Assembly: GCA_040285855.1 (NCBI GenBank)
Contig: JAUFOQ010000013.1
Span: forward strand, 868,001-932,000
Length of the DNA: 64,000 bases
Reading direction: 5' to 3'
Source: Eukaryota sp. GEM-RC1
Lineage: Eukaryota
In this document: piece by piece, positions 1 through 11,737 of the stretch
How the letters are laid out: the number at the start of each line of letters is the position of its first letter
Position numbering within the stretch: the first letter of the stretch is position 1
Notes under the pieces: generated by a model
Database searches by the model: none
What the model saw: the letters and a program-made list of their open reading frames with translations, nothing else
What the model was told of the DNA's origin: nothing
Made by a program: the position numbers and the translations under genes

Positions 1-1
1 T

Positions 2-562
2 AAGTTGAAACCTAGATTGAGGGAGGTTTTGGAAGAAATTAGGAATGGGTCTGTTAGTGAGGTTAGTCTTGGGAATAACTCTATTGGTACTGAAGGTGCC
101 ATTGCATTGGCCGGTGCTTTGAAGGTCAATTCCACTGTTACTAAGATTGATCTTTGGGGTAACTCTATTGGTAATGAAGGTGCCATTGCATTGGCTGATG
201 CTTTGAAGGTCAATTCTACTGTTACTCAGATTAATCTTGGGTATAACTCTATTGGTACTGAAGGTGCCATTGCATTGGCTGATGCTTTGAAGGTCAATTC
301 CACTGTTACTCAGATTGATCTTAGGGTAAACTCTATTGGTAATGAAGGTGCCATTGCATTGGCTGATGCTTTGAAGGTCAATTCCACTGTTACTAAGATT
401 GATCTTGGGGGTAACTCTATTGGTAATGAAGGTGCCATTGCATTGGCTTATGCTTTGAATGTGAATTCCACTGTTACTAAGATTTATCTTGGGGGTAACT
501 CTATTGGCTCCAAGACTAAACAACACATCAAAAGAATGTCAAATAATCGGATCACGTGCTAA
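2..562 (+). CDS. 3' part of RING-kinase-coiled-coil-LRR gene, copy 1 (RI/NLRC3-like 28-aa LRRs); 5' end lies outside the window
   Basis: Frame is open from the window edge. KLKPRLREVLEE cap plus tandem NSIGNEGAIALADALKVNSTVTxIxLxx units match the C-terminus of 34104-36140. The N-terminal domains are inferred from the paralogues. Confidence 0.85.
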   Translation, partial: KLKPRLREVLEEIRNGSVSEVSLGNNSIGTEGAIALAGALKVNSTVTKIDLWGNSIGNEGAIALADALKVNSTVTQINLGYNSIGTEGAIALADALKVNSTVTQIDLRVNSIGNEGAIALADALKVNSTVTKIDLGGNSIGNEGAIALAYALNVNSTVTKIYLGGNSIGSKTKQHIKRMSNNRITC

Positions 563-1085
563 TTCCCTTTTGTTTACGTACTTGTCAATTGATGACGTTT
601 ACTTCTTCAATCATCCTCTTCAGTATGTAGTCTTCTTGTATTATCTGTATTTACGATAAACCTCTTGGAAATTTGCTTCACATGTTTTCGATTCTTTAAC
701 ACATCTGACAATTATCAATATTGCCAATGTATTCCTAAAACCAATCGACTCTTTACCAGTCAATCACTTGGAATCTTTTCCCTGCGGCGTAGTATCAAAG
801 TTCTATCACGTGATTCTCATGACTGATTAACACCCAGAAAGAACCGGAAAAGAAGAATATTTCGATCTGAAATTCTCCTACCACAGTCAGAAGTTCTGAC
901 TGAGAACTGTTTATAGTGGGAATATGGACGTACGAAGTATAGAGTTTCTCTATAGAAACGTTTGTGACTGTAATATCAACGATTATTCTATTGGTTTTTT
1001 ATAGTACCAGTGTTTTTTGTTAGTAAGTACCCATCAATCAAGATAGAAGAACATTTGTTCATCAATAACCTCTACTCTAGTTAAT
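563..1085 (+). repeat. 3' flank co-duplicated with the LRR gene (inverted homologue at about 33580-34103)
   Basis: For example ttgtttacgtacttgtcaattgatgacgtttacttcttcaatcatcc and caatcacttggaatcttttccctgcggc recur as reverse complements downstream of copy 2. The first 60-90 bp also follow copies 3 and 4. Confidence 0.85.
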
Positions 1086-1620
1086 GGAAATGATTTGAAT
1101 CTTGCTACATCTTCTTTTAAATTCTTTTGCTTGAACAACACAGTTTTGCGCCATTGTTTGTCATACACGTATGGAATTTTTGTATCTGTAGTTGAACCTT
1201 CTTCGACGCAGACACTCTATGACATGTTATATATAGTATGTACATGTAGATTAATATACTTTATTCCTCAACTTCATTGGAAATAGAATCGCCTCCATGA
1301 TACCTTCTGAAGGTGTCTGAATCTGTTGCCATTGCTGAACGTGTTTGACCTGGGTTATATACAAACCAGTTTTCTAGCGCGTTCCATTTTAAGTCTGTTT
1401 CTGTTCTTTCGTCTTTTAAAAATAAACAAACTACAAAACAGACTGTTGTCTTGTTTCTTGTGAGTAAATAAGTACGTACTACAAACTGTTTTACACGATT
1501 CTACATAGCATAATTGTGATACAAAATTGATGGAAAATTGTGTAAGCACGAAGTTTGCCTGGCTGAAGAACAACAAAATGAGAGTGTAGGAGATAGTAGT
1601 TAGACATTATGACGGAAAGA

Positions 1621-1727
1621 GAAGTTGGAAAGATTCTGTCAGATATGGTTTGGTGGTCATTGTCAGCCATTCTGCCATACGCCCAAACGCGTATGACAAA
1701 TTTATTTTTGGTTATGGTGCAACACTG
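1621..1727. repeat. About 110-bp dispersed repeat, copy A; likely DNA-transposon end (ends ...GCAACACTG)
   Basis: gttggaaagattctg...tgtcagccattctgccat...cgcgtatg...ttttggttatgg(t/c)gcaacactg recurs at 3279-3393 in the same orientation. Confidence 0.65.
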
Positions 1728-2133
1728 AAACAGCATCTATTTCTAGTACTAGTTTGCCTTTCAATGTTCGTTCGTGAACAAGGGGAAGTGAAAAGTATGT
1801 GAAAATCGAAAACGTTTATCGATGAAGGGCGTAAAAATACATATCATAATCAATGAGTATAATATAAAAATAGGTGTCTTTAAAATTTACACCTTACTTG
1901 AAAAATACAAGGCGTTGAAAAAATAAAAATTCAAAGATGCAGACTAAGGTTTTCAATCAGTTCAGACCAGTTTAAACCCCCATTAAATGCACTGAACTGA
2001 CCACTTGTGGACCCACGAAATGTTAATGTGTTAAAAACCCTCCTTATAGATTATCATCCACTTACATGATCGTTTTATGGCTAGTAATGCATACTAAAAC
2101 TCTAACAATTGTGAATATCTTTTTTTGTCAAAT

Positions 2134-3165
2134 CTTTTTTATGGAACAAAAACACTAAGATAAAAACAAATACTAGAACTAAATATCATTAAAGCAAGAA
2201 TCATTGCCAGCAAAATTCACATCAGCTTTTTCTTCATACAAAATACTGAGAGCTAATAGAGCTTTAGAAATCATGATAGGAATTGTTTTAAATATTTTAA
2301 AAACAATACGATTCAACCAAAACTTGAAATAAATTTTCTTAAAATCAGAGAGAAAACAAAGAGCATCTCTTCCAAGTCGACCATAAATTGAAATTGCAAA
2401 AGGATATAATTTGTACTCAACATGTCTAGTATGTTTGAGAGCAGTCAATGGTACATCATATTTTATTCTCTTGTATTGTTCTGAAAAATCCAGTGGAGAA
2501 ACTTCATTTTTAGCATGCTTGAATGCACTTTTTGTACAAACGTCCACAGTATTCACATCAACAACCGCTAGTTCATCATTGACTGATGGAACTATGACAT
2601 CAGCTCTTCTTTTACCAAAAGTCTTATCAGAATCACTGTTTTTTAAATTATTGATTTCCAGTGATCTCAACAATGGCTCAACGAAAGATTCAATTTTGTA
2701 GGACTTACACATGGCATGAATTTGATCTCTGACAGCATCATGAATGCAAGTTCTATAAGTAATGAAACGATTGCAATTCAAAAGGTGAGAAACAGTAAAT
2801 AATTTACCACAGTTACATTGAAGATCATTAGGCAAATTAGAGGGCCACAAGAAACATCGAAGTCTGAATGCTGTAGTCCGTTGATGATCATTCAACAACA
2901 AACCATAAATCTGAGGAATTTGGTTGATCAGAGCAACTGAAGAACTGTCCTTCAAATCAATTAAAAAATTTGCGAACGCTGGATCTTTTCTTTGGCCGAG
3001 CCAAGTCGAACTTTAAAATCCAGACATTCAAAATGTATTAAAAGGTGTTTTTGGAGTTTCTTAAGAGCAAATTTTAAAGAGGTGACACATCGAACAATTG
3101 TGAATTTCTGACAATTCCTTTACAGTATTTTCATCAAAAGGGAGACATCTATCAAACCATCACAC
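2134..3165 (-). mobile_element. 5'-truncated non-LTR retrotransposon, restriction-like endonuclease (RLE) end, CRE/R2-group-like
   Basis: ORF 2179-2955 has a CCHC knuckle (CNCGKLFTVSHLLNC), then HDAVRD, VEP, RRADV, VVDV, KRIKY. The minus-strand 3' end finishes in gttccat plus a short A run. The same 3' end recurs at 36358-36590. Confidence 0.8.
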
Positions 3166-3278
3166 TGATTGATTGACTGAGTGGTCACTGATTTTTAGAC
3201 ATATAAATTACAAAAATACACAAGTGATGATGTTGTATTATATGTTTTTTTATTTTTAATAGTTTTTAATAGCAGAAA

Positions 3279-3393
3279 GATGTTGGAAAGATTCTGCTAG
3301 ATATGGCTGGATGGCCATTGTCAGCCATTCTGCCATTCTACCATGGGTCCATACGCGTATGGCAAATTTAATTTTGGTTATGGCGCAACACTG
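3279..3393. repeat. About 110-bp dispersed repeat, copy B
   Basis: Direct-repeat homologue of 1621-1727. Confidence 0.65.
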
Positions 3394-4150
3394 CTGATAA
3401 ATTCGTTTGCAAAAACTACTGACTAACAGGCACTTAATACAGTATTTGAACTATGATCATTCTGTTTTTCCCAAAAACCTTGGCTAAAATTGAATTCAAA
3501 TATCTGTTCATTGAGCGAAACAGCGCACACGTTAACCTATTCAACCAAAAAAATTCATTTGAAAAGAGAGGAAATTAAAAAACCTTGCACAGCGTTTATA
3601 TCGACATTTCAACTTGAAATTTTCAAGTGATTGAAACACAAAAGAATTTTACCTGTTTACCTTCAGTAATTAAAGTTTAATTAAATGACAGTACTTCCAG
3701 TTTGTCCTGTTTCAACCCCCAGAAAAACCAACATCAATCTTTTTAGAAACTGTTCTTCCTGTTTGGCTGTCCAATGCCGCTACCATTGCCAATATACAAC
3801 ATTGCTGAGACATTGGTATGTCCAAAGACTTTCTTATTTAGCCGTTTAATTATTGTGTATCATCTAAAATGTCATTGACTTACTTCAGGTGCTTAGAAAC
3901 ATCGGTTTTCCAAATAAGATAGGTCGAATTATAACAGTTAGTGTAACAAGGTTTGGAGATTTTCTACATTTCAACTCTGGATTCAGGACAATTTGTACTC
4001 ATAGTAGTACAAAGGTTAGCTAAAAATTTAAAATTTGTAGTTAGCAGACAGCTCATGATATTGATTAACAGAATCGAATTGAATCCAAACCTAGTGTATG
4101 AAAAACTTGAACAATTATAAAAATGAGAGTTAAGAAGAATCTTTATACAA

Positions 4151-6302
4151 TTAAAATGCTTGCTCATCACCTAAAATTACCAACTCATCGTTAGTATCTC
4201 CGAGCAAAGCAAATTGTCCAGGAAGAAGTAAAGGTTGGAAAGGACCGTAAAGCATCTGACCTAAACGCTGCTTCTTTCCACATCCCAAAACCAAAAGACA
4301 CAATGTTTTCGTCTCCATGACTGACTTCCTAGACAGTCCTATTCTATTACACTTAACACTAGCAGTCTCCCCTTGGTAAACACACCTTGAATCCCCATTG
4401 AGTAAGGTCTCTGACCCAGGGAACAAGGAACACGTGTGGCCATCGTTACCTAATCCAAGGAAACCAAGATGGAATCCCTTGATAGTAGAAAGTTCCTGTT
4501 CATACGACTTCAATGCTTCATCTGGAGAACAATCAGTTCTGATGCGATGGACATTACTATCAGGTATGGGTACCTTGGAGAAAAGACAGTCATTGATCAT
4601 TTTGAAGTTTGAGTCGAAGTGATCAAATGGCACGAGGCGTTCATCACAAATCCATAAGTGAACCTTTGTCCAATCAAGATCTACACAGTTCTTGGCAATC
4701 GTTTCATAAGAAAGCTTAGGAGTAGAACCTCCGCTCAAAAAGCAGTGGAAAAATCCAGACTCTTTGATTGACACGTGTGCAGTACGAGAGAACAGCGCAG
4801 CAGCAGCTTTAGCAACAGAACATTCATCAAAATGAACTCTCTTGATGACGTGACGTCTGACGTCAGCAAGCTTATCAGAAATAATACTACGAGACATTGC
4901 AATAGAGGGGTGATAAGGGATTGGACTAATCTTATTGGTTTCATGAGCTCTAGTGACTTTGTCAACAATAGCCCATGCTGCTTCCACTTCATCACTATGG
5001 GCAAAAAGAGTTTGATCTCCATGAATAGCATCAACAATAACTTTCTCATAGGCATCAGGGACAGGTTGTCCAGCAAAGGGATCGACTGTCATGGTCTGGG
5101 AAACCACGTTGTTCTTGCTTGATTCACCAAAAGAGGAAAGTGATGACGAGAGACTGGCGACCTCGATCTCCACAGCGTGTGATGGCTTGATGTTAAACGT
5201 CATCTTGTTGACCCCCTTGAACCCAGCAGCAAAAGAGGAAGGAGAATCATTGAAGATGACCTCAACTTTATTACAATCAGACTGACCTCCTTTACAAGTC
5301 TGCAGAACAAAAGGAACATCCTTCCACCTGAAAGAATCAATGTAGAGAGTGAGAGCACAAGCAGTTGCAGTGTGACTCTTGGGGTTAACACCTGGTTCCT
5401 CAAGATAGTCATTGTATTGACCCAAAAGAACACAAAAGGCATCAGTACAATTGAACTTTCTGACGGAACGAAGGACTTTGATCTTCTCAGCTCTGACGTC
5501 ATCAGCATTGGTACTGATTGGAGGCTCCATGGCAACAAAGGAGAGAACTTGGAGTAAGTGATTCTGTATCATATCACGAATAACACCAGCTGATTCGTAG
5601 TACCGGGATCGATTCCCGACGAGGCCTTTTTCTTCCATTGTAATAATAACCTTTTTGATATGGTGGCGGTTGAAGAGGGGTTCCCATAAAGAGTTGGCGA
5701 ATCTAAAAGTCATGAGGTTGAGTACTGAGAACTTAGTGGCATAATGATCAATTCTATAGATCTGGTCTTCGTGGAAGTATTGTTGGAGGAAAGAGTTGAG
5801 ATCACGGGCATCAGATTCATTGACACCAAAGGGTTTTTCTAGGAGAAGTTTAGCTTGAGGAAAGGCCAACCCAGACTTAGAGAGAAACTCTGAGATGGGT
5901 CTGTAGGACTGAGGAGGAACAGAGAGGTAGTGAAGGACATTTTGAACGTTCGTTGATTTGACAATGTCCGAAAGACGTTGATAACTCTCGATATCGTCGT
6001 ACGACTTGACTTGAACATAGCGGATTATTCTAGCAAAGGAATCCCAATCTTTGCAGGTATCCGTACTACCTTCTTTCAATCGAGAATGTTTGACAGTGCT
6101 TTCGTAGGCGATGTCACGCAGTTTCTCATCAGTAAGGTCAGATCGAGCAACTCCAATGATATGTGAATCTACAGTCAAAATTCCCTCACAAAAGAGTGAG
6201 TGAAGAGCAGGCAAAATTTTACGCTGTGGTGAGACATCAATCAGATACACATACGGATGCAAGATCTCCAGAAGCTCCAAAGAGGACAAATACTGTATCC
6301 AT
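4151..6302 (-). CDS. G6PD: Glucose-6-phosphate dehydrogenase::6-phosphogluconolactonase fusion; exons 6302-6255 and 6223-4151
   Basis: Removing a 31-nt GT..AG intron (6254-6224) gives MDTVFVLFGASGDLAS-RKILPAL. Motifs EKPFG, YRIDHY and RDMIQNHLLQ follow. The C-terminal 6PGL domain has LSGGSTP, DERLVP and LGLGNDGHTCSLFPG. Confidence 0.95.
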
Positions 6303-6364
6303 AAGAAAGTGGGGGAAAACGTCACCGATATTTTTGGACTGCTTATTCCAACTTTCCTCTTTCA
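6303..6364. promoter_or_regulatory. 62-bp intergenic region between divergent G6PD::6PGL and 6PGD; putative bidirectional promoter
   Basis: ATGs at 6302 (-) and 6365 (+). Promoter function is inferred from position only. Confidence 0.6.
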
Positions 6365-7830
6365 ATGTCTGCTGAATTTGGTGTAATCGGACTTGCCGTC
6401 ATGGGGCAGAATTTGGCCCTCAACGTTGAGCGCTCTGGTTTTAAATGCGCCGTGTTTAATCGAACTACTGCTCGTACTGAAGAATTTGCTGAGAAACACA
6501 AAGGAAAGAACTTCATCTTCACCAAGAGTCTTGAGGAATTTTGTGCCAGTCTGGCCACACCCCGAAAGCTCTTGCTAATGGTAAAATCGGGTCAAGCTGT
6601 AGATGACTTCATCAACAAACTACTCCCATTTCTGTCTCCTGGTGATATTATTCTCGATGGTGGAAACTCTTTCTTTGAAGATAGTGAGAGACGGTTCATC
6701 GAACTAGAACAACGCAAAATTCACTTTATCGGCCTTGGTATTTCTGGTGGTGAACTAGGCGCATTGTGGGGTCCTGCATTGATGGCCGGCTGCTCTGATG
6801 ATGCATGGAAACATGTTTCTCCGATTTTGAAAACAATCGCTGCAAAAGCACCTCAAGACAATGAACCTTGTTGTGCTAATATGGGTCCTCGAGGTGCAGG
6901 ACATGCGACTAAAACAATTCACAATGGTATTGAGTATGCTCTATTGCAGTTGATTGCTGAGACTTATGATGTTTTCCGTAACATTGGAGGAATGTCTGCA
7001 GATCAAATTGCTGACGTATTTCAGTCTTGGTCCAAAGGTGATCTTGCTTCCTATTTGATCGAAATCTCTCATGTGGTTTTAAGGAAGAAGGATGACAGAG
7101 ACCCATCAGTCAACATAGTAGATGTCATTGTGGATGCGGCGAAGCAAAAGGGTTTGTGTTGTATTTTGTATTAATCATAGGCACTGGTAAATGGACCTCT
7201 CAAATGGCCATGGACTTGAATGCCCCAATCCCAACGATTGATGTAAGTACTGGAAGCAGATTCATTTCTTCTTTCAAAGACATTCGAACCTCTCTTTCCA
7301 AGAAAATAGACCCAAAATCCAACACTGCTAAACATGTCACTAAAATTGATATGGATCGTCTAGCTTACATCCAAGAACGAAGTCTTCTCGCGGCTTTCAT
7401 TCTTTCCTATGTTCAAGGCTTAGACATGCTCGCTAAACTCTCACTCGAGCGTTCTTACGATACTTCCATGGTCGATGTAGCTAAGGTTTGGAGGGCTGGA
7501 TGTATCATTAGACATGCCAAGTTGCTCCAAGACTTCACTAATGCCTACAGCCGCAATCCTTCTACTCAATTCCTCATGGCCGATGATACTATCTCTAGTA
7601 TGCTCGCTGAGACCATTCCCTTCCTCCGTGAAGTTGTTGTTATGGGTGTTTCTAGTGGGGTTCCGGTAGCAGCATTAGCTTCTGCGTTGGAATACTTTGA
7701 CGCCATGCATACTGAATACTTGCCTGCGAATCTTGTTCAAGGTCTCCGTGATTGTTTTGGTGCTCATACGTACCAAAGACTTGATGAGACTGATAAGAAC
7801 AAGACATTTCACACTGAATGGATGGAATAG
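6365..7830 (+). CDS. PGD: 6-phosphogluconate dehydrogenase (decarboxylating); exons 6365-7151 and 7181-7830
   Basis: GVIGLAVMGQNLALN, DGGNS and HNGIEY motifs. A 29-nt GT..AG intron (7152-7180) restores QKGTGKWT. C-terminus has RDCFGAHTY. Confidence 0.96.
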
Positions 7831-8394
7831 TTTCTGTTTTTGTATAAATTACTATTCTTTTGTTAGTTCTTTGGTGTTTGACATGTAAATTTCTTGTTAT
7901 AATGTATGTAGTTTGAGATATGAGTTTGAGATGTTGTAGAGGTATTTGTATATGCTAGGGTTCAACCCTAAGGGTTGTCAGCTGATTAAGCTGGCTAATC
8001 AGCTGGTCGGTCCAAGCATTTGGTCAATTTGTCTGGACCAAACCGGCAAATTCCTGATCAAACAGTACCACAGTTCTTATACATCTTTGTTACAATTGAT
8101 TTAACAAACTTAGGCATCGAACGAAACAAAGAAAAAATCTACCTATTATGAAATTTAGAATGCATTATTGATGATGATCTTTTTTGTACTAGTACGTGTA
8201 AAAGTCGTTTATTTTTTTGGGCTCTAAAACTTGTTTTTTAAATAACAAGTTTTATTAACAACAACACAGACAGACTTACTAAAACTGTGAAGTCGTTTAT
8301 TTGTAATGAAATATAATTGTATCTTTTTGTATTTGGATTGCTTATCGTAAATTCGTTGTATTTTTCAATTGATTAGTGAAATTAAACGACTAAC

Positions 8395-10368
8395 TTAATG
8401 CTGACCTAAGAAGCAATGGGTCAATGATGAACTATATGGACAGTCACTGCCACGTGTACACGGCACAAACAAGGATTCTAAATTATCTGGCAGACACGAA
8501 TGAGAGAAAGGAGAAGGGCGTGTCGAGAGACCAAACGTTGTCAGTGCACACGCGAAAATATCAAACTCTCGTTGCGAACACGATAGGACGATTCTGTTAA
8601 AATAAGGGCTGAACCATGTACATAAAAGTGAAAGCTGTACATACATTGAGTGTTTTGGATAATGGAAATAGTCCCATAAAGCAGGTGTAATTACTAAAAT
8701 CTGAACACCATGCTTAATACTACTGTAAAAGAAGGTAAATAATCGGTGGAAAACATTTCGAAGTTGTTTAATGCATCCGAAATCTTCAACAGAGGCTCCC
8801 TCCAAGGTGTTACGACGGAATTGAATTACTTCTTCAGCAACAACTGACAATATAGTAACCACGTGGGGTTCTGGAAGTCGATTATAGCAATCAGAAGGAG
8901 GTCCTCGAAATATTTCAACATTTTCAGATACAATCACGTCATCAGTTAAGGGAAACATAAGTGATTGTGGAGTTGACATTCTATCTGAATAGCTAACATT
9001 TCCAGAATCAACAGCAATAAGAAATGAACTTCGTCTGAATAAATCACCATGAAGTGCAGGAGTACCACAAGTATATGACAAAACATGTGGATCTAGAAAA
9101 TTTAAAATACCAATACTGTTGAAATCATCAGTAACTCCCAGCCAATCATCTGACCTACATTGTAGGTTAGACATAGTATCTGACTGTCTACGTGGCAATG
9201 CAAGCGAAGACAAAAAATCAAACGAGTAAAAAGTATTCTCAATTTGAGCCAAAAATCTAAAATATTCATTCTTTTTTAAACTCCTTGACAAATCTTTCAA
9301 GGCCAGTACTTGATAAAACCCAAGCAAAAGCCTAAAATTAGGATACATGGCATAGTGAGTAACACTTCGGAAACCAGTTAATAACTGACCAAGATCAGCT
9401 GAGTTTTTAGACTTTGACCAATCAGAATATTCGCCAAGTTTAGAAAGAAACAACGACTTTAGAGATTGACCTTCAAGTTGTGTGATTTCACTGTTTGTGA
9501 TTTTTGGAGCTAACAAATTTGGTGCGTATTTTTTTAAACAGACCACAATTAAACGTTTCTCCCCCATAACAATCTGACTATTAACAAAATCCTCTTTAAC
9601 AATGTGGTCAGATGCTAGCACAAGAGTATGTCGAGCGCGGTCTTCGAGGAGGACACCTGGAAGTGAATACGTGGCAGTATTGACATTAGGGAAAGGATCT
9701 GCTGAGGATGACGTCAGCACGATTTCATAAAAGTGTGGGTTTAAAAGAGAACCGGAAAACTTCATTGCACTATAGGTCACATCACCAATTGGATAGGATA
9801 AACTAAGGGTCTGTGTATGGTGTGAAGCATCTACACGAAACTCAACATGTACGAAGTTATAGTCTGGAATTTGATGAACTACTTTTTTAAAGTTGATATT
9901 CCTCTCCTGTAAATCGGTTTCAGCAGCAGAAAGAAAATCGGTGAGGTGATCAGAGCGAATGAAAGGAAAACAAGGGGTTTTCGGAGATTGCTTTGGTTGA
10001 GGTTTTTTTGGTGCCCGTTTTTGTTGAGACCGTTGTGGACGACCTCTGTTAGTTTGAGGGGCTGTATGTCGCTGGCCATCAGATTGTCTGATAACTGGCT
10101 GTGGGTGGAACATTGGATTTATGAATGGATTATTTAGTTGAGGAAATGTGGGCTGACCTGGGTTGGCTGGGTAAGTATGATGAGGATATGTTGGAGTAGG
10201 AGAAGTAGGATATGTTGGAGTAGTAGGAGGAAATGTTGGAGTACTATGAGGCGGAAATGTTGGAGTGTTATATACAGGATGTTGATGTACATTCGGTTGC
10301 TCTTGACCTCGACCAAAAGGACGGGTCTGTATAGAACCCATATCTGAATCCGTATTGAAGAGGTTCAT
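8395..10368 (-). CDS. Pro/Gln-rich N-terminus, divergent microbial-type PARG (DUF2263/TIGR02452-like) macrodomain lacking catalytic motifs, C-terminal PBZ-like CCHH finger; paralogue A
   Basis: 657-aa ORF. ILNF...DLFRRSSFL...FPL..DVIVSENVEIFRG..SDCY..LPEP..V.ILSV..HG..ILVI follows the DUF2263 motif order as recalled. Ends in C-x5-C-x7-H-x5-H. Confidence 0.65.
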   Translation of the reverse strand: MNLFNTDSDMGSIQTRPFGRGQEQPNVHQHPVYNTPTFPPHSTPTFPPTTPTYPTSPTPTYPHHTYPANPGQPTFPQLNNPFINPMFHPQPVIRQSDGQRHTAPQTNRGRPQRSQQKRAPKKPQPKQSPKTPCFPFIRSDHLTDFLSAAETDLQERNINFKKVVHQIPDYNFVHVEFRVDASHHTQTLSLSYPIGDVTYSAMKFSGSLLNPHFYEIVLTSSSADPFPNVNTATYSLPGVLLEDRARHTLVLASDHIVKEDFVNSQIVMGEKRLIVVCLKKYAPNLLAPKITNSEITQLEGQSLKSLFLSKLGEYSDWSKSKNSADLGQLLTGFRSVTHYAMYPNFRLLLGFYQVLALKDLSRSLKKNEYFRFLAQIENTFYSFDFLSSLALPRRQSDTMSNLQCRSDDWLGVTDDFNSIGILNFLDPHVLSYTCGTPALHGDLFRRSSFLIAVDSGNVSYSDRMSTPQSLMFPLTDDVIVSENVEIFRGPPSDCYNRLPEPHVVTILSVVAEEVIQFRRNTLEGASVEDFGCIKQLRNVFHRLFTFFYSSIKHGVQILVITPALWDYFHYPKHSMYVQLSLLCTWFSPYFNRIVLSCSQREFDIFACALTTFGLSTRPSPFSHSCLPDNLESLFVPCTRGSDCPYSSSLTHCFLGQH

Positions 10369-11737
10369 TTTTTAAAAGAAAAATGAAACTGGAAATCTTG
10401 ACTCAACCAATTGTCAGGTATCAACTTGCAGTTGATTTATCTGCGGAGAAAAACAAATCACGGTCCAAAAAATTCTGATGACAGTTCAGATTTCCCAAAC
10501 TACCAGTTGGTGATGTAAACAGTTACAGTAACTCTCTTTTTTTGCAATTTCATAGTTTATAGACAGTTTATTAATGGAGGGTACAAAAATACATATCATT
10601 ATAAAAGCTCTGAAACTGTAATCATACAAAATTCCTGGTCAACAGTACCACAGTCCTTGTTCAGCTTCGTGATAATTGACTTGATAAATTTCAGTCGTAC
10701 CAAAGAAAAAATCAAACGGCTATGGCAAATTCATGAGTAGAATGCCGTATTCTGAAATTAACACATAAATTCAAAATCAGTAAAAACCATACTTGAAAAT
10801 CACAATTCATGTGATGTGATTCTTGTGATTAAGAAAATCACAAACAACTCATCAGTACACTTTCAGAAATCCCAGTATTTGTGTTGTGATTTTTGTAGCA
10901 AAGTATTTTACCATAAAAAAATTTTTTATGTGATTCCTAGACTTTATGTTCAATGTGTATTTCGAACTTCAACTTAATTGGGTCAAATTGAGCTCAAAAT
11001 TTTGAAAATCTGTTGTGATGTAGTATTAAATATACTGATGGCAGGACAGAAAGTAATTTAAATTGTTCAATGACAGAGAACCAACGTCTCGACTCAACTT
11101 CTGTTCTGTCTATGTCTGTTGATCTTTTCAGAAAATTAACTGGCTATTATGCTTTTAAAGAGACTTCTTCCGAATCTTAATTTGCAAGTAGTGCTTATTA
11201 AGCATTTCAACAAGCAAAAGGGTAACTTGATCCGTGAACCTACTGTATGACTTTATGGAAGGTTGTCTTAGAGATTATTTGCGTTTTCGTTATTCAGATC
11301 GATGTACCGCTATTTTGACGTGATTTTGGCCAAATAATTTGGGAGTAATTAATCATTTATTCAGTAGATGTGGGGCGCGCTTATAGTATTTTTATTTAGT
11401 TTGTGTTTTTGTTATCGTTTTACATAAGGTTTTTGACCATAAAGCCCCCTTTTTTACTTAGAATGTTAGAACATTCAGATTAGAATTCAGAAATTAATTG
11501 TTGCAAACCAATACAATAGACTTTATGCATACAGAATATCTTTTATTGTTTATATATTTACTCAACAGATTCTCAGACCAACGTTTCTTACATTGATAAC
11601 CAACATAGTGAATGACAAATCCTATACTGATTGGACAGATTCAACTCACTGACTACTTATAATTTTTCCTCAACCTTTCTACAACATGAAAACACAAAAA
11701 TAATAACAAATTAACATACAATACAGCCCAACCTACT

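Noticed and set aside
77..510. 84-bp repeats with short variable inserts as a CRISPR array
   Set aside because: The units are in-frame 28-codon LRRs, the variable parts are single codons rather than spacers, and there are no cas genes in this eukaryotic context.
6255..6325. ORF-track N-terminus MTFSPTFLWIQ for G6PD
   Set aside because: The true start is ATG 6302 in another frame, joined by a 31-nt intron that restores the GASGDLA motif.
10790..10945. ATCACA/TGTGAT-rich stretch (and CACATGTG motifs at 47380-47680) as transposons or regulatory arrays
   Set aside because: No clear TIR pair or TSD could be defined.
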